DNA from: the human T2T-CHM13v2.0 reference genome, Homo sapiens
Length of the DNA: 64,000 nt
Assembly (NCBI RefSeq): GCF_009914755.1
Contig: NC_060937.1
Direction: 5' to 3' (one strand)
The notes under the pieces are model-generated. The model was not told where the DNA came from and searched no databases. It saw nothing but the letters and a program-made list of their open reading frames with translations. Below are positions 1 to 12,248 of the stretch, in pieces (within the stretch, counting starts at the first letter, position 1; the number at the start of each line of letters is the position of its first letter). Position numbers and translations under genes: made by a program.

Positions 1-41
1 AAATTCATATTGTTTTCTTAAACATGAAAACTTATATTTCA

Positions 42-390
<349 letters not shown>

Positions 391-475
391 GACCTTCTTG
401 TTTTTCATCACCAAAAACTGTTTAGCATTTTGTTTCTTTGCATTTAGTATGTTATTTCATTGTTTGTGAACTAAA

Positions 476-1479
476 TGTGGTAGGCAGGATTTTGGCTTCC
501 ATATTCTTTATCCTCTGCTGTTATTTCTGTGTATGATACATTACATGGCAAAGGGATTTTAAGAAATTATGGTGATATCTTAGAATGATTATCCTGGATT
601 ATCTGGTGGGCCCAGTGTAATCATATGGGCTTGTAAAATAGAAGAAGAAAGCAGCAGTATGCTTTCAGAGTATCAAAAATAGGGGTGTATTAGTCTGTTC
701 TCACACTTCTTATAAAGACATACACAAGACTGGATAATTTAGAAAGGAACGAGGTTTAATTGACTCACAGTTTTGCATAGCTGGGAAGGACTCAGGAAAC
801 TTATGATCATGGTGGAAGGTGAGAGAGAAGCAACGCATCTTCTTCACAAGGCAGCAGGAAGGAGAAGTGCTAAGCGAAGGGGGAAGATCCCCTTATAAAA
901 CCTTCAGATCTGGTGAGAACTCACTCACTATCACGAGAATAGCATGGAGGAAAATGCCCCCATGATTCAATTACTTACACTTGGTCTCTCCCTAAACAAG
1001 TAGGGATTACAATTCAAGATGAGGTTTGGGTGGGGACAAAAATCCTAACCATATCAATGGATGTCAGAAAGATGTAATGGAAGAAATAGCAGCAGGGTCT
1101 CAAAGAATAAGAGAGACTCAATCTGCCATTGCTGGCTTTGAAGATAAAGGAAGGAGCTTGGGACAGGAATGCAGATGACCTCTAGAAGTGGAGAATGGCC
1201 CCCAGGTGACAGCCAGCAAGAAAACGGTGACCGCAGTCCTACAATCACAAGGAGCTTCCTTCTGCCAACAATCTGAATGAACAAGAAAGAAATCCTCCCC
1301 TAGGTTCTCCAGAGAGGAACACAGCCCTGCCGACACTGAGTTCAGCCTTGCGACACTCTAGGCAAAGCACCTAGCAGAGGCCTCTGTACTTCTGACCCAC
1401 CAAATCTATGAGATGATCATGTGTTTTAAGAGGCTAAATTTTTGGTAATTTGTTACAGCAGCAGTAGAATACTGTTACA
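476..1479 (+). mobile_element. MaLR solo LTR, MLT1D/E-like, interrupted by a THE1/MST LTR
   Basis: TGTGGTAGGCAG start, TTACATGGCAAAGGGA and ATTATCCTGGATTATCTGGTGGGCCC motifs. End TTTGTTACAGCAGCAGTAGAATACTGTTACA. Confidence 0.85.
686..1056 (-). mobile_element. MaLR solo LTR, THE1D/MSTA-like, nested in MLT1
   Basis: TGTATTAGTCTGTTCTCAC ... CCTAACCATATCA termini are the reverse complement of the THE1/MST consensus. About 370 bp. Confidence 0.92.
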
Positions 1480-3709
1480 GTGGCTTTCAATTTTTTTAAG
1501 ACCCTAGATTGCAAACTTTTAGCAAAAAGTTTATCCTCTGTGAAACAGAATATTATATAATTTTTAAAATGTGAAAATCGATAGATTGTTTCAGGATATT
1601 ACAAATATCTGTAAACAACCTTCATCTTCCAAAAACATTACTAATTTTAACCAAGCTTTTTATACTCTTTTTATGATATCAGTGACACTCCCCTCAATTA
1701 AATAGAATTATTTTGAGTCAAACTACTGCTTGTTGTGACGTTTGAAAATTATAATATAGATCAGATAATTTATTTTTCATTCGTTGGATTCCACTTCCCT
1801 TTACTGAAAATATTTGAGGTGGGAGTAAATCCACTAAATGCCACATGCCAAATATGTGACCACAACCTTGACCTTGATATATTTCTGTCCTATTTTTCTG
1901 TAGAGTATCTTTTTTTGTGTTGAGGCCAATTGTATTGGGAGACAGAGAAACTAAAAAGCAGAAACATTGTTTGAGTACTGTGGGCTCAAGTAATTACTCT
2001 CAGGCTGAAAGATCACTTCAGTCATTGTTAAGAAAAGCTATCTGAACTGGGTGAACTCCATGAACATTTTCAGTTACTATTTTTGTGCCTGTATTATGTT
2101 ATAGAACAAGGAAATAACTCCATTATTACAACATGTTGTCTGCTCCTTGTTTTAAAGTTTGTAGATAATATCTGATATAAATTATATCACTTTGGGATTA
2201 TTTGGAAGCAGAATATTTACACTGTTTATTTCACAATGTAAGTAGTAAATAGTAATTGGTTTTAAATCTAGGGCAGCTGTTTAAGTATATATATTATTTT
2301 GTTCCCATTTCCAAAGCTAATAGATTACATGTGAGTAATTCCTTAATATAGCTTTCTCCAGGCTTCACAAAGCACAGGTGTCAACACAATTGGCTAGGTC
2401 AACACATGAATACCTAGAACACATTCTAGTTTTATTATGTTAAAGCACATATAAAACTAGTGTGAAAGAATGATTTAAGGAAAAAATAGAAAAATGGATA
2501 GTATATTTGTTATGCTAATGTGCACTGCTTTTACTATTCTGTTGCAGATTTCTATGTGATCGATACCAGTATTTCTCCATAAACTATAGATTCATGTTCT
2601 CTCTGTAGAAATGCTAGCCATTGTCCACTGAACCAACTGAAGCCAGTAAATCCTACCAACAGCTACTCTCTTATCTTTGCCATCCTGCAATGATTCTAAG
2701 TTCTCACATGAGAAGCCCAGGGAGAACTCCTGGGTCTTTTGAGTCCAAACTTCTTAGGAAGCTTCATCTTTGTATTTTGTTTTCTGGTAGATGCTTTATT
2801 CATATTCTGTGATTATAAATCGCTGTCTACCTTCCAGGCATTCATATCCCTGATAATATTCTGTTGTTGAACATATCTCATGGAAAAATTCTTCTACAGC
2901 ACAGCATGAGGTTATAAAACTGAAATTGTATACATCACAACATCCATTCAAATGAAAATTTCAATATAGATTAATCGTAATCAGCTCCAGCTAGTTTCAT
3001 TTTACTCTTTCTAAAAGGGACAAATTCTGCCACAACTATCCAAGGTCACAATAATGTCCTTTCATCTGATTAACAGTGTAGGAAAGAGAATGGTTAGTTT
3101 CATAAAACTGATAAATAATTCATAGTAATGATTGGTATAATGTTGCTAGATGTAGTTACTAAAATGCCATTCACATTTTCTTGGAATTATTCAATAATTC
3201 TATTAATATTATAGCATACTATTTTGACCTTGAGTTGCCATATCCTATAAATGAAACAAAACCTGAGCTTTGAAATGAACTTTATTTTATTAACTCTCCA
3301 TAACTATAGAATCGAACTTGATAAATTCTTCCTTTAGCTAAAAGAAACCATGGTATAGTTTCAAACCTTATTTAAAAATCACACTGCTATAAACCAGTAG
3401 AAACTTTCAGAAATAGGTTAACATTTTCTTTTATGAGTTTAGATTCCTTATTAAGTGAATATATCACACCTTGAATTGGATGAGATTTAATAAAATGAGC
3501 TCTCTTACCCTGGTATTTCTATTCCATAGCTGGGAGCAGTAATGGGAGACTCTGATTTATAGTATATACTGATTTCTGTAATGTAAATACTTCCAAAGCG
3601 ACTGATTTCAGACTATCAACATGATGTCACTGAACTCTAGTTAATAAGATATATATATGCACAATTGGCTCTTCCTACCTAGTAGGAGCTTCCTCCTGGA
3701 TAAAAAGTA

Positions 3710-4092
3710 CACCATGGAATACTATGCAGCCATAAAAAATGATGAGTTCATGTCCTTTTTAGGGACATGGATGAAATTGGAAATCATCATTCTCAGTAAA
3801 CTATCGCAAGAACACAAAACCAAACACCGCATATTCTCACTCATAGGTGGGAATTGAACAATGAGATCACATGGACACAGGAAGGGGAATATCACACTCT
3901 GGGGACTGTGGTGGGGTTGGGGGAGGGGGGAGGGATAGCATTGGGAGATATACCTAATGCTAGATGACGAGTTAGTGGGTGCAGCGCACCAGCATGGCAC
4001 ATGTATACATATGTAACTAACCTGCACAATGTGCACATGTACCCTAAAACTTAAAGTATAATAAAAAAAAAAATAGAAAAAAAAAATAAAAA
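3710..4092 (+). mobile_element. L1PA2 3' end, 5'-truncated
   Basis: ORF2 C-terminus YTMEYYAAIKNDEFMSF...IFSLIGGN*, G-rich 3'UTR, GACGAGTTAG (not the Ta ACA), poly(A), TSD AAAAAGTA. Confidence 0.95.
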
Positions 4093-4762
4093 AAAAAGTA
4101 AAATGGATTGTTGATTTTCTTGCAGTAGCAAGAATCTGTTTAGGAAGATTCTATGGGATGGCAGCCTTAAATAGTTGCCTTCCCTTAGAATATTATATCC
4201 AGATTTAAGGATATAATACTTGAGTTCGTTGCAGTATTTTGACATGTCTGCCTGTAGCAGGCCAATGCCTATTACCAGCTAAAATCCCAAAGCATGGGTA
4301 TTTTACTTACAAGATCAAAGGTAGATAATTAATGTGTTCCCTAGGGGGTGGATTATATAGTCCTAAAGACTAGTGAGAGTATCTTTGGCTAAGGGAGCAT
4401 CTTTGAAAGTTTTGTAAATTTTAAGCTAAAGATATTGTCTTCATTGCAAACTTTACAGAAGATTATGGGTGACAAGGAAATGTCATTTTGAGTAATGTCT
4501 TACAGAGTCTCATAGATTTTTTTAAGGCGACTTCCTTGGTGTGTGTCTTGGTCACTTGATATGAAAGTTGAAATATTCTAGCTTGGAAACACAAAATTAA
4601 GCAGCATTTTGGTAACTGTAAAGGCTGTAGCCTTTCAGTAAAGAAATGCTTCAACTCATCTTAAAAATAGACATACAATAAGTAAAACCTCATGGAGAAT
4701 AGAAGCTGGATAAAATCCATCCGAAGGTGTTCAAAGTGCCTCAGCAGGCTTTGGTTTCTCGC

Positions 4763-5143
4763 TGTATCAATCATAGCTCAACCAGAGAAACAGGCCTGTA
4801 TATGATATATATTAAGAGATTTGCTGAAAGGAATTGGCTTACTCAATTGTGGATTCTGGTGAGGCAATCTGAAATCTATAGGGCAGGCTGTCAAAAACGG
4901 AAGGCTTGGACTCTCAAGCACAGGCTGAAGCTGTTGTTCATAGGCAGAATTTTGTCTTCTTTCTGCTCTTAAAAAGCTATTCAAATACTTGAATCAGACC
5001 CACTGAGATAATTTGGTATAGTCAACTGATTATGGCATTTAATCACATCTGCAAAATACCTCTGCAGAAATACCTAGGTTAGAATTTGATTGACTACCTG
5101 AGAAAGGTAACCTAGCCAAGTGTTACATAAAAAATACCATCCA
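4763..5143 (-). mobile_element. ERVL solo LTR, MLT2-family
   Basis: CCAGAGAAACAG, AAGGAATTGGCTTAC, TTAATCACATCTGCAAAATACC and CCTAGCCAAGTGTTACATAAAAAATACCATC match the reverse complement of an MLT2 LTR. Confidence 0.8.
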
Positions 5144-5940
5144 TTGTCAAGTCTTCCTATTATAGGTTTTTTGCGGAGCTATGCTAATGGGAGACACATT
5201 ATTGGAAAATTACCTCACATGTCTTTTTAAAGTTGATTTAAAATAGTAACCAATTTTAGTGTGTACTATGATGGGTAGTTTCATTGAGAAACTTTGATAA
5301 TACCCATTTGAAATCATCTGGTGCCAGCCGGGCTCTGTCTATGGAGTACTAGAGTTGAGCTGAATGAAGGACACAGCCATATAATTTCCATTCATCCTTT
5401 TCAGAATCTGGGGCTAAACTTTGATATTTTATAATAGCATCTTTTATTTCTTCAGAGATTTATTCTTTGAGGATTTAGTTGGGATTTATGAGGTTGGCTA
5501 AGCTGTTTTGCATAACGATCTGGTGGAGCATATTCTTTAGCTTCCATGTCATCAATTTTTGCATGGGCTTCTCATCTGTAGGAGGTAGGAGTGCATGTAA
5601 AGATAACTTGTCACCTTTTGAATGGGGATTTCAGCAGAAGCGAGAGAATCACTTTGTTTCCAAAGCATCCCAAATTCATGTACTACTCCAAAAGCATGCC
5701 TAGTGTCTGCATAGAGGTTTATTTTCTGGTCTTAGACTGTTGACGAGCTCTATTAAGTGCAGTAAGTTCCTCCATCTGAGCTAATTTTACCTCAAGTAGA
5801 AAACTGTATTCTAAAGGAGAGTTTAAGTTAATGACAGTATATTGTGTTAATAAGTTTCAATTTTGAGGTTGGATCCAAAAATGGGGTTCTCAATAGGATT
5901 TCTGATAAACCTAGGCAAGGTACAGAAACTTCCCTGACTG

Positions 5941-6241
5941 GGCTGGGCGCAGTGGCTCACGCCTGTAATCCCAGCATTTTTAGGAGATTAAGGCGGGCGG
6001 ATCACCAGGTCAGGAGTTTGAGACAAGCCTGGCCAGCATGGTGAAACCCTGTCTCTACTAAAAATACAAAAAATTAGCCAGGCATGGTGGCACATGCCTG
6101 TAATCCCAGCTATTTGGGAGGCTGAGGCAGGAGAGTTGCTTGAACCCAGGAGCGGAGGTTGCAGTGAGCCGACATCGTGCCACTGCACTCCAGCCTGGGT
6201 GACCGAGTGCAACTCCATCTCAAATAAAAAAAAAAAAGAAA
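5941..6241 (+). mobile_element. Alu SINE, AluSg-like, full length
   Basis: Dimeric Alu with poly(A) and a perfect 17-bp TSD AGAAACTTCCCTGACTG (5924-5940 / 6242-6258). Confidence 0.97.
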
Positions 6242-8658
6242 AGAAACTTCCCTGACTGAAGTAAGACAGTCATGTGGTAAATTGTTCTTTATCTTTCAAA
6301 CCTTAGTTCCTGAATCAATGCCACCATGAAGTCTTTCTAAAGGCCTCCAAAGGGAATGAATCACTCAATGCTACCATCATATTTTGCCTACGCTTGCAGT
6401 GCTATAGTTTTCACTATGAAGTTTCATTACACTTTGCATGCCTGTGTTCCCTACTATACTGTGAGCCCCTTGAGGACAGCACAAGATTAGTACACTGTTT
6501 AGTAAGTGTATATTGAATTAGATTTGAATTAGCATAGTATTCTAAGGATTGCTAAGGATTGTTGGCTAGGATTGGCAGGCCTAGATTCACTGTACACATG
6601 AGGCATACATTTGAAATATCAAATGATATGGAAGTAAAGGAATAAATTAATTGTCTCTGTGATATAATATGGAAGTTATAACTAGAAAAGTTTAGTAATA
6701 ATTTATTTTCAGTTGTTCAGCTTTTCCAGCTTGGAATGCATCGAGCAAGGATTTATCAGCACCTAATATATGTAAGGACTGCACCAATTGCTAGAATATG
6801 CTAGCCTAAGCAAAAGCATACTAACTTATGAAAAATTCATATGTCCTTATCTGAATTTTCTACAGCCATATATCACATATTATTTTTTTACTATAACTTA
6901 ATAATAGATTATGTATTTGATTAATAATGCTTTTTGTTTGTTTTCTTTTGATGATTAATAACTCTTGATGATCAAAGAAAACATTAAATGGCCAACCAAG
7001 ACTTAGGTTTGAACAATTCATTTTTCTATGGGTCATAATAATTGTATGTGAATATACGCATATATTCACATGTATATGTATGCATAGAAAATTTATCTTG
7101 GAAATTAGGTATAAAATAGTTTACTTCTTGTATCCTGAATATGAGCTGTAAATTTTATTTCTAAGAATTTGGAGGTTGAATCTCTTCCATGTAGAAGTTT
7201 ATTCTCTCATATATTCTCTCTCTTTCTCTTTACCATATCTTTTTCTCTTTCTAATGACTTATTCTCAGGCATATTTCCTTAAAGTTTGAAAATATAGCCA
7301 CCAGATGGCCACTAGAGCTCTAGGCTTAAATCATTGTCATGTGAAGGGATCCAACTCAAAGAAAATGCCACTTTCCTGCTAGTCCTGCTAGTCCTGTCAG
7401 TCCCAGAGACTGCCCTGCCCTTAACAAATGACAGTTATCAGGGTATTCTTGATAATAAATGTGAAATTAAGGGGTAGGGATTAAGAACCAACTAAAACAT
7501 ATTAAGAATGACAATGAGACGATTGTATTATACAAAGGAGTCCACTACAAAATCCATGGGTGTTCATCATTTCATCATGAAAAGGAGGTTGGAATTACTC
7601 TTCACATATCCTTAGCTTCTCTTAACCCATTATTAAAGAAAACAAATACACTTTTTAAACAAGTTATTTCCAGGCTTTAGCCCAACTTGAGGTTATAAAT
7701 TGGATATGTGACACACTATTTTGTCTTGAGATTATGATTAATAATGTAATCAGAATAGCGTGGACTTTGGAGCCAAGGAGACCTTTATTCAAAACCATGA
7801 TAGAACTTTTCTTAGTACCGTTACCTAATTTTATCATCTATTAAACTAAAACTTAATGAGACCTTTTTATAGAGTTTTAATGATATATGAAATGGAAACT
7901 ATGACTCCATCATTGCATTCATTACAATTAAAACATAATTATCTATGTGTATGTTTTTACCTCTACATTTTAAGCACCCTAAGCACTGGGATATTTTTTC
8001 CCAAGTGTATAATATAGTTTATGGCATATAGTACATGAGAAAAAAATGATGGATATTCCTTACCTTGCTTTGACTTCTTAAAGGTTTTTACTTGATGAAG
8101 GGCTCTAACTTTCTGCAGTGCCATATAATAGAACTGCCAGTCTCTAATCATATATTGTGTCTGAAGAACATCAGCCATATGATATGCAGTCATAGAGATT
8201 ACATAATAAATGTATAAAGGTGTGGTACTAGCACCTCAGTGTTTTAAATGAGGTAACCCAGTTTTGAAGCTCAGTGATATTGAGTAACTGGTCAAAGATT
8301 ACTTGTGAAACCAGTTTATTAATTTGGTGGGGCTCAGACATAACTCATTTATTTCTGCAGGCAATATTTGCAGAGACATTCTCTTGAAACTCCCTTTCCC
8401 ACACATTGATGTATGCGAGGCAGAGATCTTTTGGTTTTCTGGTGAAGTTCATTTTGGTTAAGTTAATCAATGTCCCTTCTAAATCAGAGCTCATATTATT
8501 CCCTCTCTCTGATGCCAGCCAGGCCCCAGTTTGAGAGACCTGAAATGCAGAAGAGCTGCACTTTTTTATTTTTCTTACCCCTCTTCTCTGGTCCTGATTC
8601 CTCCATTGTTGGGGCAAAAAGGAGGGATTAGAGAAAAGAGGCAAAAGCCATTTGCACG

Positions 8659-8988
8659 ATTAGCACTATTAATTCTCTCTCTGTCCTCTGCAGGTTAGTT
8701 CCTCTCTCTGTCCTCTGCATGTTAGTTCCTCTCTGTTTCCTCTGCATAGTTCTTCCCTGTGCCCCTTGCATATTAGTTCCTCTCTGTGCCCCCTGCATAT
8801 TAGTTCCTCTCTCTGTCCTCTGCATATTAGTTCCTCTCTGTGTCCTCTGCATAGTTCTTCCCTGTGCCCCCTGCATATTAGTTCCTCTCTGTGCCCCCTG
8901 CATATTAGTTCCTCGCTGTGCCCTCTGTGTATTAGTTCCTCTCTGTGCCCACTGCAAATTAGCACTATTAGTTCCTCTCTGTGTCCTC
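8659..8988. repeat. Minisatellite, 27/24-bp units, about 12 copies
   Basis: Consensus ATTAGTTCCTCTCTGTGYCCYCTGCAT repeated in tandem with no spacers. Confidence 0.95.
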
Positions 8989-9222
8989 AAATGTTGCCTC
9001 TCTCACTTACACATGGCTCACAGCAAGGATCCTCTCTGGCTTGATATTTTCTTGTTTTGCCGCTTCTTGTCATTCAGCTAGTGGCTACCTATTTTGGCAG
9101 CCCGTCACCTGATTAGTAGCAGGTACTATTAGTTTGCATACCAGAAAGATGGCTCAATCCTGGTTATTGTCAACAGTGTTCACTTTACCCATCCAGTGGT
9201 CACTCATCCTTCCCATGTCACT

Positions 9223-9260
9223 TAATGGTAAAAACCACAATTACTTTTATGCCAACCTAA
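9223..9260. mobile_element. Half MADE1 (single Hsmar1 terminal inverted repeat)
   Basis: TAATGGTAAAAACCACAATTACTTTTATGCCAACCTAA followed by TA. It matches the right arm of the MADE1 at 41080. Confidence 0.8.
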
Positions 9261-9685
9261 TATTATCGTGCAGGCTGCTTTGATGCAAAGCTACCCTTCA
9301 GCCTGCCATTTTAATCTAATTAATTTCTTCTTAGCTTGGTAGAGTACAAAGAATTAGCAAGGCTACTGCATAAGCAGACTTCCAATAGGCAAGTGAGATA
9401 TTGGTGCTCTTTTCTCCAGCAGCCCCCTTTCCAGTAAATGATGCTCTTGGTGTGCCCTCTTCATTCGCTTGGCCCCTTGGAGAGGCAACCCTCTCCATCC
9501 CCAAATAATCTCTCAGTGAGAAGTTACATTCCTGAAAACTCATCAAATTTCCTTTCTCCTCATAGCTCTGCTCATGTAGACTGGAGGAGTGTTGTCTGCT
9601 GCTGGTAGCAGGGCCAGCTCTGCCAACTTAGCAGGTTTTGTGGAGATGGGTCTGATAGTTCCTTAATGCTCTTTAGAATACAGGC

Positions 9686-10141
9686 GCATTGTTTGCATGT
9701 TTGTGGCACTATTCACAATAGCAAAGACTTGGAACCAACCCAAATGTCCAACAATGATAGACTGGATTAAGAAAATGTGGCACATATACACCATGGAATA
9801 CTATGCAGCCATAAAAAATGATGAGTTCATGTCCTTTGTAGGGACGTGGATGAAATTGGAAATCATCATTCTCAGCAAACTATCGCAAGAACAAAAAACC
9901 AAACACCGCATGTTTGAGAACACATGGACACAGGAAGGGGAACATCACACTCTGGGGACTGTTGTGGGGTGGGGGGAGGGGGGAGGGATAGCACTGAGAG
10001 ATATACCTAATGCTAGATGACGAGTTAGTGGGTGCAGCGCACCAGCATGGCACATGTATACATATGTAACTAACCTGCACAATGTGCACATGTACCCTAA
10101 AACTTAAAGTATAATAATAAAAGAAAAAAAAGAAAAAAAAA
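9686..10141 (+). mobile_element. L1PA3-like 3' end, 5'-truncated, with a 26-bp internal deletion
   Basis: ORF2 C-terminal motif ALFTIAKTWNQPKCPTMIDWIKKMW, 3'UTR, poly(A), TSD AGAATACAGGC (9675-9685 / 10142-10152). Confidence 0.94.
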
Positions 10142-10601
10142 AGAATACAGGCATACCTAAGGATTTCACTTTTGAGACTTTATCCCCTTTCCATGACCAC
10201 ATGAAAACCTCCTTTTGACATTCTGTTACAGAATATGGCACCCTTGTTTAAACAGTAAGCTGTGTAAGTCCATTCTTGCAGAAATAATTAAATATTTTAA
10301 TGTGAACACAGGGTTACTAGAGTAAATCACTGTAGGGCTAGTAAGGAAACATTCAAAATATCAGTTTCTTCCTGGTCTGAGCATTGTACCTTAAACTTTG
10401 TTTTTCTCTACTCATAACAAAGTTTCACAGAATGTTACAGGAGGTCTAGGGTCTGCCATATACTAACTGCCTCTAGTTTTGCAAACTACATTTGTTCTCA
10501 GGTGCTTGATTTCCTGCATTGATAGTGACATTGGTTGTATCTTTCCTACCTGGCAGTGATGTTAAATGGATAGATGAACATTAGAAAGGTCTGATTTGCA
10601 T

Positions 10602-11185
10602 TTCCCTGATCATTAATGCTGATGATAAGAAAAATGCAAATCAAAACCACAATGCAATACCACCTCTGTCCTGCAAGTTTGGCCATAATCAAAAAATCAA
10701 AAAACAGTAGTTGTTGGTGTGGATGCAATGAACAGGGAACACTTCTACACTGCTTGTGGGAATGTAAACTAGTACAACTACTATGGGAAACAACGTGGAG
10801 ATTCCTTAAAGAACTAAAAGTAGAACTACCATTTGATCCAGCAATCCCACTACTGGGTATCTACCCAGAAGAAAAGAAGACATGATTCGAAAACGACACT
10901 TGCATATGCATATTTATAGCAGCACAATTCACAATTGCAAAATCGCAGAACCAGCCCAAATGCCCATTAATCAATGAGTGGATAAATAAACTGTGATATA
11001 TATAGATACATAGATACATAGATATTATTTCATATATAATCATATATATTATATTGTATATGATATATGATTATATATATCATATATATGATTATATATA
11101 TCATATATATCATATATATGATATATATAATCATATATATGATTATATATGAAATAATATCTATGTATGTATGTATGTATGTATG

Positions 11186-11216
<31 letters not shown>

Positions 11217-11592
11217 ATATCTATCTGATAGAGTACTATGCAGCCATAAGAAGGAATAAAATAACAGCATGTGCAGTGACCTGGATGAGATTGGAGGCTA
11301 TTATTCTAAATGAAGTAACTCAGGTATGGAAAAACCAAACATCATATGTTCTCACTGATACGTGGAAGCTAAGCTATGAGGACGCAAAGGCATAAGAATG
11401 ATACAATGGACTTTGGGGACTTGGGGGGAAGAGTGGGAGGGTGGCGAGGGATAAAAGACTACAAATATGGTGCAGTGTATATACTGCTCCGGTGATGGGT
11501 GCGCCAAAATCTCCCAAATCACCACTAAAGAACTTCTGTAACCAAATACCACCTGTACCCCCAATAACTTATGGAAAAATAAAAAGTTAAAA
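10602..11592 (+). mobile_element. L1PB1-like 3' fragment with a short 5' inversion and an internal microsatellite
   Basis: [11 protein letters not shown]...[12 protein letters not shown]...[15 protein letters not shown] (ORF2). L1PB-type 3' end CCAAAATCTCCCAAATCACCACTAAAGAACTT. Confidence 0.88.
10995..11228. repeat. AT-rich compound microsatellite with inverted symmetry: (TA)n/(TATG)n/(TATC)n
   Basis: Read directly. Perfect 36-bp inverted arms at 11014-11049 and 11133-11168. Confidence 0.92.
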
Positions 11593-11929
11593 AGAAAAGC
11601 CTGGTTTCGCATCTGTTCTATAATGTGAATGGGGATTTAGGTTGTCTCACTAATCTAGGAATTGGTCACAATGATCTGTTGTATTTTATACTTTAATTGC
11701 CCTGTTACTGATCACCATGAAAAGAGCATATTCTTGGGTAAATTTAAATAAATTTATTTCTCAAAACTTCTTTGTTCACACCAGACTCCCTATATCAACA
11801 ACAATTAAAGTTGAACTGAAAGCAAACATGTTGGTAAAGTGCTTATACAAGAAAACTGTACCCACAGTTAGCTCTCATCAGTTAATAGAACAGGCACATT
11901 ATAATGCACATCATAAGAAATCGCATTAT

Positions 11930-12248
<319 letters not shown>

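Noticed and set aside
3710-4092. L1HS-Ta assignment
   Set aside because: It has GAG rather than ACA, and AAAGTATA rather than AGAGTATA, in the 3'UTR, so it is L1PA2.
8628-9081. Four overlapping repetitive ORFs, or a CRISPR-like array
   Set aside because: The frames are open only because unit lengths are multiples of 3. There are no unique spacers or cas genes, and the context is eukaryotic.
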